Positions 9,460-19,052 of a stretch of DNA of 64,000 bases are shown in pieces (position 1 is the first letter of the stretch; each line of letters opens with the position of its first letter). A program made the translations under genes and the position numbers. Location: NCBI GenBank assembly GCA_015069135.1, contig SVJE01000006.1, positions 19,643-83,642 of the forward strand, written 5' to 3'. The notes beneath the pieces are model-generated. The model saw nothing but the letters and a program-made list of their open reading frames with translations. It searched no databases and had not been told where the DNA came from. This DNA comes from Oscillospiraceae bacterium (GTDB taxonomy: Bacteria > Bacillota > Clostridia > UBA1212 > SIG427).

Positions 9460-10188
9460 TTATTTTGCTAAAGCAATTGATGTGATATGTGGGTTAACAC
9501 CATCATACCAGTAAACGAAACCTTCAACGTCTACAACATCACCGGCTTTAAGAGTACCTACAGTCTTGTAAACATCACTGTCAGGACCTGTCAGATAAGC
9601 TTCAACACAGAAGTTGTAGTCTGCACCGTCTTTAGTAAATGTTACGTAGATATCATTGCCATCACCTGGTTCACCGTTTTTATATTCAATAGACTTCAAT
9701 GTTAAGCCCTTGAAAGCAGCTAACTCGTTTTGATGATCAATAAGTTCATCTTTTCCTAAAAGGGAAGTAAGATCAATTGCTTCTGCAATGTATGTATCGC
9801 CTTCAATAATTTCGAATGTAGCATCCATGATTTCAACTTCGCCTGCCCATGCACCCTTGAAGCCTTTAACTTTAATCTTAGTTCCTGGAACCAATTTAGC
9901 TGCATCTGCTTCTGCACAAGCCATTTCATAAATGAAGTAAGCACCGTCTTTGCTCTGAGCATAAACTGTAATTTTGTTGTCCCACCAAGACTGTGTAGCC
10001 TGAACGTAAGTTTCAACAGTTACTTCTGTTTCGAGCTCTGCGTTAACATATGCTTCGTGAGTGATAACACTAGGGTCTGGTGTAACTGCAGGTGTAGGTT
10101 CAGCAGTTGGCTTTACTTCATCGTTACCGCAAGCTGCAAAGCAGAATACCATAACAAAAATCAATAACAAAGAAATAATTTTTTTCAT
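9460..10188 (-). CDS. Lipoprotein of unknown function (last gene of ABC operon)
   Basis: MKKIISLLLIFVMVFCFAACG signal peptide plus lipobox, then an Ala/Pro/Thr linker. No recognisable catalytic motif. Confidence 0.5.
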   Translation of the reverse strand: MKKIISLLLIFVMVFCFAACGNDEVKPTAEPTPAVTPDPSVITHEAYVNAELETEVTVETYVQATQSWWDNKITVYAQSKDGAYFIYEMACAEADAAKLVPGTKIKVKGFKGAWAGEVEIMDATFEIIEGDTYIAEAIDLTSLLGKDELIDHQNELAAFKGLTLKSIEYKNGEPGDGNDIYVTFTKDGADYNFCVEAYLTGPDSDVYKTVGTLKAGDVVDVEGFVYWYDGVNPHITSIALAK

Positions 10189-10249
10189 TTCAAAAACTCC
10201 TTTTGATTAATAATTAACAAACCATATTATACAACTTTAAACTAAAAAA

Positions 10250-11830
10250 TCAACTTTTTTTCTTTTTTATTTGATTTTTTATCCAAAAAGCTATAATACC
10301 AAGCCAGCAGACACCTAATGAAACCATGAGAATAACGGCACCGGAAGGTAATTTCCCAAGGTTTATTTTACCTGTAGCAAGGTTAATTTGGTCAAGTCGG
10401 TAGAGTGATGTTATTTCGGTAAAAAGATTATCCAGATACTCATTGTTTACTGTTTCATGTCTTCTTACTGATTTTGTTACTTCCTCCACCAACTGGCCTG
10501 CTGCGTTTCTTAAAGAAGCAGAACCGTTAAAAACAGGTGTTACAAAAGTGTTTTCTGTATTATCCATAAGAAGCTTGGCTGCTTGAATTTTAATGGGGTA
10601 GTAGAAATCATTATCTTCACCAATACGACTTAAGTAATCCTGATATTCATTGCTATTTTGTGCTTTATTTGTTACAGGAACATAACCTTCCGTCTGGGAA
10701 TATGAAATCTGCACATTGTTTGTAAGCATAAATTGTGCAAACAGCCAGGATGCCAAAACTTCCTGTGAATCTGCTTTGTTAAATACACAAAGTGATGGTC
10801 CCTGGGAAATCATTTTGGGATTATCAAGATCATATTGAGGAATAGTCATAACCTTAGTTTCAAACTGTACAAGCTTGTCTTCACTGATGTCTAAAAGGGG
10901 TGCATCGGAACCCATCCAGGTAGCGCCTGCTGTTGAGTCAATGGCAAAAATGCATTGTCCTGCATTTAAAAAGTTGGCGGGATAGCTGGAAATCTTAAAT
11001 GTGGAAAAGGCCTTTGTTTCGCCGTGTTTTGCAATTTCAGCAAGTATTTCTTTTGTGGTGTCGTTAAAGATTGCTATTTCACCCATATTAGAAGAGTATC
11101 CTGCGTTTTGTTGTTTCAACATGGAGATCATCATATTATCGGTGGATTTGTATATAAAAGGAATCATGGTTTTCTGACCGTTAACAATGAAATTTCCGTC
11201 TTTATCTTTTTTAGTTGCAGCCTCAGATACTTCCCATATAAAATCCCAGGTTAATGCTTCAGGAAGCTCATAGCCCAACTTCTCCACAAAGGTCTTATTT
11301 ACATAACAAGCTTCTGTAGAACGCATATATGGAAGGGCATAATAGGACCCTGAAAACTCACATTCTTCTAAAAACTTCGATATGATTTCATCCTTTGTAG
11401 GAGAGTCGAAAAGGACTTCGCTGCCACCCAAACCATACTTTTCATCAACCATAAGTTCATTCAAGGGTACAACAGTATCTTTACCTGTTAAGTAAGTTGC
11501 AATATGGTCCGGATATGTTATACAAACATTAGGAGTAGTATCTGTTGAAATGTTAGTAATAACATCGTTATATATCCTTCCGTAATCTGTATAAAGTTTC
11601 AGGGAAACTTTAACGTTAGGATACAGTGCCTCAAAATCAGCAATAGCCTTTTTATATATTTCTACCTGTGTAAGGTTTGTGTCATTTTTTGCCCAGAAAG
11701 ATATTTCGTAATTACGGGATGTATCAAATTCTTCCGGAATGGTAAAAACTTTTTCTTCTTTAGCACCGTGGCAACCGGTAAAAGTCAATACGAGAGCAAT
11801 AATAAGAAGTAGGGATATAATCTTTTTCAT
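10250..11830 (-). CDS. ABC transporter extracellular solute-binding lipoprotein (family 1, carbohydrate) with C-terminal TM anchor
   Basis: Lipobox LTFTGC. ~500-aa SBP_bac_1-like body. Hydrophobic C-terminal helix GAVILMVSLGVCWLGIIAFWI followed by KKKKS. Confidence 0.7.
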   Translation of the reverse strand: MKKIISLLLIIALVLTFTGCHGAKEEKVFTIPEEFDTSRNYEISFWAKNDTNLTQVEIYKKAIADFEALYPNVKVSLKLYTDYGRIYNDVITNISTDTTPNVCITYPDHIATYLTGKDTVVPLNELMVDEKYGLGGSEVLFDSPTKDEIISKFLEECEFSGSYYALPYMRSTEACYVNKTFVEKLGYELPEALTWDFIWEVSEAATKKDKDGNFIVNGQKTMIPFIYKSTDNMMISMLKQQNAGYSSNMGEIAIFNDTTKEILAEIAKHGETKAFSTFKISSYPANFLNAGQCIFAIDSTAGATWMGSDAPLLDISEDKLVQFETKVMTIPQYDLDNPKMISQGPSLCVFNKADSQEVLASWLFAQFMLTNNVQISYSQTEGYVPVTNKAQNSNEYQDYLSRIGEDNDFYYPIKIQAAKLLMDNTENTFVTPVFNGSASLRNAAGQLVEEVTKSVRRHETVNNEYLDNLFTEITSLYRLDQINLATGKINLGKLPSGAVILMVSLGVCWLGIIAFWIKNQIKKKKS

Positions 11831-12660
11831 CCTTTTATACCTCCTCGTGAAACACCGGACATTATCTTTTTACGGAAGATAAGGAAAATCACGATTAAAG
11901 GTGCTGAGATAACACAAACAGCTGCCATCATAGCAGGTATGTTTTCACGACCAAAACCGTTTTCTCGAATTTCCTGAATACCGTTAGACACCAAATAGTA
12001 AGCCTGGTCGTCAGTAATTAATCTTGGCCAAACATATGAATTCCAACACTCAATTACCTTAAGGATTGTAATTGTTATTATGGTTGGTTTACATATTGGA
12101 ATCATAACCTTGAAAAGATACTTAAGGTCTGAAGTTCCGTCTACCTTAGCTGCGTAATACAGTTCATCGGGAATCTGTGAAAAATTTTCTTTAAGAAGAT
12201 AAATGTAGAAAACAGATGTTACCGAAGGCAGTATAAGACCTAAAAATGTATTGCGAAGATTCATGTCGGTAATTGTTACAAAATTAGTTATAACCACCAA
12301 TTCTGCCGGAATCATCATTAAAGACAGGAATATGGTAAAAACAATATTTTTACCACGGAAGTTAAGTCGGGAAAATGCAAATGCTGCCAACACAGTTACC
12401 ACCAACATAATAGCCGTGGTTGCAATGGTAAAAATAATTGTATTTACAAAGTAATTTGCTAATGGTACCTGAGTGAAAGCATCCAGGTAGTTTTTTAGTG
12501 TAGGAGAAAAGGTGTAAAGCTTAGGGATCCATTCGCTGTTATAAGCACTGTAACTTTTTACTGATGTAAGTATCATCCAGTAAAAAGGGAACAATACCAT
12601 TAAGGCCCAGACGCTTAACAGTGCATAGGTGATGATTTTTGAAATGCTTATTTTTTTCAT
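11827..12660 (-). CDS. Carbohydrate ABC transporter permease (MalG-like)
   Basis: Six TM segments. An EAA-like loop (YYAAKVDGTSD) is typical of binding-protein-dependent permeases. Confidence 0.8.
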   Translation of the reverse strand: MKKISISKIITYALLSVWALMVLFPFYWMILTSVKSYSAYNSEWIPKLYTFSPTLKNYLDAFTQVPLANYFVNTIIFTIATTAIMLVVTVLAAFAFSRLNFRGKNIVFTIFLSLMMIPAELVVITNFVTITDMNLRNTFLGLILPSVTSVFYIYLLKENFSQIPDELYYAAKVDGTSDLKYLFKVMIPICKPTIITITILKVIECWNSYVWPRLITDDQAYYLVSNGIQEIRENGFGRENIPAMMAAVCVISAPLIVIFLIFRKKIMSGVSRGGIKG

Positions 12661-12673
12661 AATCCCACCTCCT

Positions 12674-13564
12674 TTAGTAGTGAACGTGCTTTTTACTTAC
12701 CAGCAAGTTAATACAAGTAATGGTCAGCACAATGACAAATAGAATAATGGCTGCTGCTGATGCATAGGAAGGATAGCCTCCCGAATCACCATACAGCATA
12801 TCATATATATAGCCCACAATGGTATTCATTTCTTTTGAGTTAAGATCTGTGCCGAATAAGGCCACAGCGTCTGAATAAGCCTTGAAGGCTCCTATAAAGC
12901 CTGTTATCACCAGGTAAAATACAGTAGGGGAAATCATAGGCAGAGTAATCTTTGTAAACATTCTTGTTTTTGAAGTACCATCTATTTTTGCAGCGTTGTA
13001 ATATGTTTCGTCTACAGAAGCCAGGGCGCTGGTTAATATAAGCACCTTAAATGGCATTACTACCCATATTGTATAGAAACACAGTACAAACATTTTTGCC
13101 CAGTAAGGACCATCAATAAAGTCTACAGGACCTGCACCGAACCAACCAAGAATCATGTTGGCAAAACCATCGGAGTAGGCCGTTTGCTTAAACAAAATCA
13201 TAAATACCATACCTACTGCCAAAGTGTTTGTTACATATGGTAAAAAGTATATTGTCTGGTACAGTTCCTTAACTTTATTTATGGAACTTAGGCCCAGAGA
13301 AATTAAAAGGGCAATCCCTGTTGAAAGGGGAACTGTTATAAATACCAGTATAAAAGTGTTTTTCAATGCCTGTAAAAAGTATGGGTCGTGCAGCACATAA
13401 GAAAAATTATATGTACCTACGTCAAAAAATGTCTGGGATGCAAAGTTATATCCTTCTTCAAAGGAATATATAAGTACATCTATCAGAGGATATACCAAGA
13501 ATACACCAAGAAACAATATTGCAGGCAACAAATAAAGCCAGGCTTTTTTATTGTTATTTTCCAT
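12674..13564 (-). CDS. Carbohydrate ABC transporter permease (MalF-like)
   Basis: TM-rich. EAA-like loop YNAAKIDGTS. Start set at MENNNKK (ATG 13564), overlapping the ATPase end by 11 nt. The alternative is ATG 13624. Confidence 0.75.
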   Translation of the reverse strand: MENNNKKAWLYLLPAILFLGVFLVYPLIDVLIYSFEEGYNFASQTFFDVGTYNFSYVLHDPYFLQALKNTFILVFITVPLSTGIALLISLGLSSINKVKELYQTIYFLPYVTNTLAVGMVFMILFKQTAYSDGFANMILGWFGAGPVDFIDGPYWAKMFVLCFYTIWVVMPFKVLILTSALASVDETYYNAAKIDGTSKTRMFTKITLPMISPTVFYLVITGFIGAFKAYSDAVALFGTDLNSKEMNTIVGYIYDMLYGDSGGYPSYASAAAIILFVIVLTITCINLLVSKKHVHY

Positions 13565-14654
13565 AATATATCCTTTCTTCTGATTCTTTTTTAAATAAGA
13601 ATATTTTACCGGACTTAAGGTCAAATTTTACAGTAGCGCTTGATACGTTTACGCTGTTTTCTGAGCTGATAATTGAGCGTATGCTTTCGTTGTGGCACTC
13701 AGGGTGAGTTGATACTACGCTAATATCACGTCCCATAACTTCAACTCGTGATAAATCACAGGTAAGTTTACCTTCCTCGGAAAGGATAAAGCCTTCAGGA
13801 CGGACTGCCACGTAAACTTCTGCGTTTTCCAGACCTTCTGTGTCCAAAACAGCTTCGTCACCTATGTAAAGTTTTTGATCTTTAATTTTTCCATCAAAAA
13901 CATTGATAGGTGGAGTGCCTAAGAATTTAGCTACAAAAAGATTTACAGGGTTGTCGTAAACTTCCTGAGGCTTTCCAATCTGCTGTAACACACCGTCTTT
14001 CATTACCACAATAAGGTCTGAAATGGACATGGCTTCGTCCTGATCATGGGTTACGAAGATAGTTGTAATTCCTGTTGATTTTTGAATGCGACGAATTTCT
14101 TCTCTTGTCTGAAGTCTCAGTCTTGCATCTAAGTTGGAAAGAGGCTCGTCCAACAGGAGTATACGAGGCATTTTTACCAAAGCTCTTGCTATGGCAACAC
14201 GCTGCTGCTGACCACCTGATAATTCGTTTGGTTTTCTTTCCATAAGTTCATCAATCTGTACAAGCTTTGCCACTTCCAAAGCCTTTTCTTCTCTTTGCTG
14301 TTTTGTAAGCTTGTCTTTACCTTTAAGATTTTCTAATGGAAATGTTATATTTTGTTTTACGGTAAGGTGGGGGTAAAGTGCATAGTTCTGGAACACTAAA
14401 CCAACACCTCGGTTTTCAGGTGCTATATCTGTTACATCTTCTTCGCCGAAGTATATTTTACCTTCTGTAGGTGAAAGGAGACCTGAAAGTAAATTGAGAA
14501 GTGTGGACTTACCGCAACCGGAAGGACCTAAGAGGCCTATAAGCTTGCCGTCAGGTATTTCAAATGTAAAATCGTTTACTGCAATTACATCTTTTTTTTC
14601 TTTCTTATTTCGGTTAGGAAACTTTTTTGTAAGGTTTTGTAAAACTACTTTCAT
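13554..14654 (-). CDS. ABC transporter ATP-binding protein (MalK/UgpC-like)
   Basis: Walker A GPSGCGKST, signature LSGGQQQRVAIARAL, Walker B ILLLDEPLSNLD. C-terminal TOBE-like regulatory domain. Confidence 0.85.
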   Translation of the reverse strand: MKVVLQNLTKKFPNRNKKEKKDVIAVNDFTFEIPDGKLIGLLGPSGCGKSTLLNLLSGLLSPTEGKIYFGEEDVTDIAPENRGVGLVFQNYALYPHLTVKQNITFPLENLKGKDKLTKQQREEKALEVAKLVQIDELMERKPNELSGGQQQRVAIARALVKMPRILLLDEPLSNLDARLRLQTREEIRRIQKSTGITTIFVTHDQDEAMSISDLIVVMKDGVLQQIGKPQEVYDNPVNLFVAKFLGTPPINVFDGKIKDQKLYIGDEAVLDTEGLENAEVYVAVRPEGFILSEEGKLTCDLSRVEVMGRDISVVSTHPECHNESIRSIISSENSVNVSSATVKFDLKSGKIFLFKKESEERIYYGK

Positions 14655-14751
14655 GTAAAAACATTCCTTTACTTTGTGATGTGATAATTATAGATTATGG
14701 GGAAGTGGTTTTCAAGAGACTTCGAGGTTACTGGTTTGACTTATAGAGCGT

Positions 14752-14936
14752 AAAAGAATACACCCATAACTGTTAAGAATCGATTATTGGGTGTATATTT
14801 TCAGGTTTGTCATGCGTTTTTTGCAATTTTTATTGATTTTTCTACACCCAGGCAAATCTTTTCTTGCGTTTTGGGTGTGAAAATTTTTGCTTTTTACACC
14901 CATTAAGCCATTTGAAAAAGTTTTGGGTGTAGATTT
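14752..14936. repeat. Three copies of a long-loop inverted repeat TACACCCA-N21..27-TGGGTGTA in the ABC-operon promoter region
   Basis: ACACCCA at 14757, 14844 and 14897. The partner TGGGTGT sits at 14791, 14872 and 14925. A fourth copy is at 24125-24159. Confidence 0.6.
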
Positions 14937-14971
14937 TTTAACACCGTAATCCACATAAACAAACATAACAT

Positions 14972-15006
14972 GAAAAAAACAGAGATTACCTGATGGTATT
15001 CTCTGC
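14972..15006 (-). terminator. Terminator following tRNA-Ala
   Basis: Minus-strand hairpin CAGAGA...TCTCTG followed by TTTTTTT. Confidence 0.6.
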
Positions 15007-15009
15007 TTT

Positions 15010-15085
15010 TTGGTGGAGCATAGGGGATTCGAACCCCTGACCCCCACACTGCCAGTGTGATGCGCTCCCAGCTGCGCTAATGCCC
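15010..15085 (-). tRNA. tRNA-Ala (anticodon GGC)
   Basis: 76-nt cloverleaf on the minus strand. G3:U70 Ala identity pair. Anticodon loop CUGGCAG. T-loop TTCGAAT. Encoded CCA. Confidence 0.85.
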
Positions 15086-15107
15086 CGAGTAATTTTATTG
15101 ACTCGTG

Positions 15108-15136
15108 TATTTTATACTATAGAATTGTGTTTTGCA
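15108..15136 (-). promoter_or_regulatory. Promoter for tRNA-Ala
   Basis: Minus strand TTGCAA, 17-bp spacer, TAAAAT, about 22 nt upstream of the tRNA 5' end. Confidence 0.55.
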
Positions 15137-15159
15137 AGTTGTTATTTTTTAAAATCAAA

Positions 15160-15678
15160 TCATTTTTTTGCTGAAATTTTCTTAAGTATTACATCTAGAT
15201 TAGCCTGGCAGTTTTCAGTACCATACCCATAAAGCCAACAGGTTCCTACGCCGGCAACACCAACAGCAACCAGTTCCCAGAAGGGGTCAAAAGAAAAATC
15301 AGTAAACATAAATTCAGAGAACTTGTATACGGCAAAAAGACTGCCAATATACCATAAATAAATCAAAATTTGCAGAGATTTCTTTCCGGATTTTCGAATA
15401 AAATAGGTTACAACAGGCTGAGGGCCCATGAATATAATAAATCCCAGCATGTAGAAAAACTGAGAAGGTTGCAGTATTAAACATAATAGAGAAATTGTTG
15501 CGTAACAAAGAAGCCCATATTTTACCCCTGCGGTTGAAATTGTAGACATAACACACATTACACCCACAAACATCCAGAAAAACTGCCCGAAACCTAAGAA
15601 ATATCCCAGAGTGATTACAGCAGTACCAAGAGAGGCAAATATTGCGGCAAGAACCATTTTGTAGGTGTTACCTTGCAT
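15160..15678 (-). CDS. Integral membrane protein of unknown function
   Basis: 172 aa with about 5 TM helices. Overlaps plsC by 11 nt, so is probably co-transcribed. Confidence 0.4.
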   Translation of the reverse strand: MQGNTYKMVLAAIFASLGTAVITLGYFLGFGQFFWMFVGVMCVMSTISTAGVKYGLLCYATISLLCLILQPSQFFYMLGFIIFMGPQPVVTYFIRKSGKKSLQILIYLWYIGSLFAVYKFSEFMFTDFSFDPFWELVAVGVAGVGTCWLYGYGTENCQANLDVILKKISAKK

Positions 15679-16267
15679 CGGTTGCCTCCTTCATTTTTTT
15701 TATTGCTTCAAATATCTTTTTATTAAATTCTTCAATTTCTTCTGTAGTAGCATGGGGGTTATGTTTAGGATAAATAGGATCTCCCATGGCAAGCCCTATT
15801 CTCTTGAAAAAACCGTAATTTCCGTCAGTGTAGAAAGGTACTACCGGTACACCTGTTAACATAGATACTGTAGCTGCACCAGGTTTAAAAGGAAGAAGTT
15901 CACCATTATGGGAAATTCTGCCTTCCGCATAAACAGTAAGAATCTCTCCGTTATTAACTACTTTCATCATATCATTTATGGCTTTGACACCGGGCCTTTT
16001 TCTGTCTACTACAACAATCCCCATCTTTTTAACAAACCAGGTTGCAAGACTACCACCGGACAACACTTTAGGGTCAGCGGAGAAGATAAGGCGACGGGTT
16101 CTAAAAATGTACGTCAATAAAACGGAATCTGTATTTGATGGATGATTACATACAAGAATAGCAGGTTTCGGTAATTTTTTCTTTTTATATTCTTTTGTCC
16201 AGCGTTGTTTGAAAAACGGATAAAACAAAACCGCAGCTGTGTATTTTACAAACCAGACAAACAGCAT
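15668..16267 (-). CDS. plsC: 1-acyl-sn-glycerol-3-phosphate acyltransferase
   Basis: N-terminal TM helix. HX4D motif NHPSNTD. Second acyltransferase block YAEGRIS. Confidence 0.7.
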   Translation of the reverse strand: MLFVWFVKYTAAVLFYPFFKQRWTKEYKKKKLPKPAILVCNHPSNTDSVLLTYIFRTRRLIFSADPKVLSGGSLATWFVKKMGIVVVDRKRPGVKAINDMMKVVNNGEILTVYAEGRISHNGELLPFKPGAATVSMLTGVPVVPFYTDGNYGFFKRIGLAMGDPIYPKHNPHATTEEIEEFNKKIFEAIKKMKEATDAR

Positions 16268-16413
16268 AAAATTGTACTCCTTTTTAACAATAACAGAAAA
16301 ATTTTATCATTTGAAAACAGGGTATGTCAATGAATATCAGGGAATAAACAAAAACATAATTAAAGGGGCTGTCTGTTATTACAGTACAACCCCTGTCTGT
16401 TTAAATATAGTTT

Positions 16414-18204
16414 TTATTCTATAGGCTCAAAATCTGAAGCCCCGTGTTTACATAAAGGACAGATATAGTCATCCGGTAAGGTGTCACCTTCGTAAACATA
16501 ACCACAGATTTTACATACAAAGCCTTTCTTGCCTTCTGTTTCAGGCTTTGGTTTTACATTGTTGTAATAGTAGTTATATGACATGGTTTCTGTATCAGAG
16601 ATAACACGAGCCTCGCTTATTGTACAGATAAACATTCCGTGGGTATCTAAGTCTACATAACTTTCTACATTTAATGACATAAATGCGTTAATGTATCTGT
16701 TAAGGAATACAAGACCATTATCAGAACGAAGTACTTCAGTACCTGCAAACTTGTCAGTGTTACGACCACTATGGAAACCAAACGTCTCAAATACGCTAAA
16801 TGGTGCATCAGTGGACAAGCAGTTAAGATTCATTTTACCGGTTTGCTTAATTACATGGTGAGAGTAGTTTTCCTTATTAATGGTAACAGCAATACGATTC
16901 GGGGTATTTGTAACCTGAGTTACAGTGTTTACAATAAGTCCGTTGTCTTTCTTGCCATCGTTGGAAGTAACTACATAAAGTCCGTAACCAATATTAAAGA
17001 GAGCAGAAAGGTCATTCTTATCAGCGGTAGCATCTTGCTGAGCCAGATATTCCTTACAAAGTTCATCAGCTAAATTTTCAAGCTGTGCAGAGCTGTCTTC
17101 ACTAAGTGCAGACATGATTTTTACTGTTGTATCGGTAAAATGAATGTTCTTACAACCTTCCAACATTCCTTTCATAACCTTAGCAGCAGTTGGTGCCCAG
17201 CTTCCGTTTTCTATTAAACCGATAGTACGGTTTCTGTAGTTACGCTCTGTAAGGTGATTTATAAACTCTCTCATGAATGGGAAAATTTCTGAATTGTATG
17301 TTGTAGTAGCCAGAACCATTTTACCGTAACGGAATGCATCTTCTACTGCTTCTGCCATATCACAGCGAGCCAGGTCGTTAACTACAACTTTAGGACAACC
17401 TTTGGATTTCAACATTTCAGCTAATTTTTCAACTGCTTTCTTTGTGTTGCCGTAGACAGAAGTGTAGGCGATTACAATACCATCAGATTCAACTTCATAA
17501 GAAGACCAGATGTTATAGAGATTAAGGTAGTAACCTAAATTTTCTTTAAGCACAGGACCATGGAGAGGACAGATTGTCTGAATGTCAAGAGTAGCTGCCT
17601 TTTTAAGGAGTGCCTGTGTCTGTGCACCATATTTACCAACAATACCAATATAGTATCTTCTAGCTTCACAAGCCCAGTCTTCTTCTACATCTAAAGCACC
17701 GAATTTACCGAAACCGTCAGCAGAAAAGAGCACTTTGTCTGTTACATCATAAGTTACAATAACTTCAGGCCAGTGTACCATTGGAGCAGTAACAAAAGCC
17801 AGAGTGTGTTTACCTAAGGAGAGCGTGTCGCCTTCACAAACAACGACCTGCTTATCTGCAAAATCTGTGCCGAAGAAATTTTTCATCATGTTGAATGCTT
17901 TAACTGAAGATACAATTTTTGCATCCGGATATGCTTTGGTAAAATTAAATATATTTGCAGAATGGTCAGGCTCCATGTGCTGAACTACCAGGTAGTCAGG
18001 TTTTCTGTCACCTAAAGCATTCTGTATGTTGTCCAGCCACTGATGGGTAAAACGAGCGTCTACTGTATCCATTATTGCAATTTTTTCGTCTATGATGGCA
18101 TATGAGTTATATGACATTCCATTAGGAACTACATACTGACCTTCAAACAAATCAACTTCATGGTCATTTACGCCTATATACTTAATATCATTAGTTATGT
18201 TCAT
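16414..18204 (-). CDS. Multidomain flavodiiron protein (metallo-beta-lactamase-like diiron + flavodoxin + flavin-reductase-like + C-terminal rubredoxin)
   Basis: HxExDH-type diiron site (HMEPDHS). Flavodoxin-like segment. Flavin-reductase-like block. C-terminal CKICGYVYEG...CPLC rubredoxin. Start at ATG 18204 with a GGAG RBS. Confidence 0.8.
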   Translation of the reverse strand: MNITNDIKYIGVNDHEVDLFEGQYVVPNGMSYNSYAIIDEKIAIMDTVDARFTHQWLDNIQNALGDRKPDYLVVQHMEPDHSANIFNFTKAYPDAKIVSSVKAFNMMKNFFGTDFADKQVVVCEGDTLSLGKHTLAFVTAPMVHWPEVIVTYDVTDKVLFSADGFGKFGALDVEEDWACEARRYYIGIVGKYGAQTQALLKKAATLDIQTICPLHGPVLKENLGYYLNLYNIWSSYEVESDGIVIAYTSVYGNTKKAVEKLAEMLKSKGCPKVVVNDLARCDMAEAVEDAFRYGKMVLATTTYNSEIFPFMREFINHLTERNYRNRTIGLIENGSWAPTAAKVMKGMLEGCKNIHFTDTTVKIMSALSEDSSAQLENLADELCKEYLAQQDATADKNDLSALFNIGYGLYVVTSNDGKKDNGLIVNTVTQVTNTPNRIAVTINKENYSHHVIKQTGKMNLNCLSTDAPFSVFETFGFHSGRNTDKFAGTEVLRSDNGLVFLNRYINAFMSLNVESYVDLDTHGMFICTISEARVISDTETMSYNYYYNNVKPKPETEGKKGFVCKICGYVYEGDTLPDDYICPLCKHGASDFEPIE

Positions 18205-18300
18205 AAGTTTGTCTCCTTTTCTTTTTAGACTTAATAAGTGTATTTTACCCGAATTGTGAGATAATAACAACTATTTTACTTGTTATTTAATAGAGTTTGC

Positions 18301-18981
18301 TTAAGAAAAATATTTCTTGATTTTAAGTCCATCTTTGAAATCCCAAAGTTTGTCATATGTTTTACCCAGAAGACCTATCAACGTACCATTAAGAAGGGCG
18401 CAGACAACGGTTCCTGCTTTAACTCCTTCAAAATGTCCGAAACCAAAAAATAAAAATGAAAGAACAATTGCTAAAAGGCAACTTGATACGTCGTAAGTTG
18501 TCTTTGTTTTCGGAATAGAAAAACCGAAATTGTCGGAAACTTCTTTAACTATAAGTTCGTAAACCTCAGGTGAAATGTAGGTGCGGAACATGAATGCAAT
18601 CCCGGCTGCTCCTAAAATCATACCCACTGTAAAAAGTATAATTCTGGCTGCTATGTTGTTTGCTTCGATGGGAGATAGCAGGAACATGACGCAGTCCAGT
18701 ATGCAACCGTAAATAACCGCGGTTATAAAAGAAAAAAGATATGAGATCTTAAATTTCCTTAAGACCATACATGTGAGAATTAACAACAAGGCTTGAAATG
18801 TATAACCAGCCATACCGAATGTAAAAAACGGCAGAAACTCTGAAATTTTAAGGTGTAATATGTATGCGGGTGCAACCACCATGGAAAGTCCTAAGTCGGC
18901 TTTTTCCATAAGGGTTGTGCCTATGGCAAGTACAATAAGCCCGGTAAAATATGCAATTTCACTGTAAAATGCTTTTTTCAT
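18301..18981 (-). CDS. YczE-like polytopic membrane protein
   Basis: Six TM helices. GGAGG RBS upstream of MKKAFYSEIAYF. Confidence 0.4.
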   Translation of the reverse strand: MKKAFYSEIAYFTGLIVLAIGTTLMEKADLGLSMVVAPAYILHLKISEFLPFFTFGMAGYTFQALLLILTCMVLRKFKISYLFSFITAVIYGCILDCVMFLLSPIEANNIAARIILFTVGMILGAAGIAFMFRTYISPEVYELIVKEVSDNFGFSIPKTKTTYDVSSCLLAIVLSFLFFGFGHFEGVKAGTVVCALLNGTLIGLLGKTYDKLWDFKDGLKIKKYFS

Positions 18982-19052
18982 ACATCCTCCCAAAAATAAA
19001 AAGAGCTTAAGGCGTTTGATACAGAAACGCCAAAAGCTGGAGTTATTTTATA

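Noticed and set aside
14784-15047. 87-aa minus-strand ORF
   Set aside because: It overlaps tRNA-Ala and its terminator and spans the GGGTGT repeat region. It has no RBS.
16268-16413. AGGGG...CCCCT hairpin and CTGTCTGTT direct repeat between plsC and the flavodiiron gene
   Set aside because: Short stem with a weak T-run. Probably just the intrinsic terminator of the flavodiiron gene.
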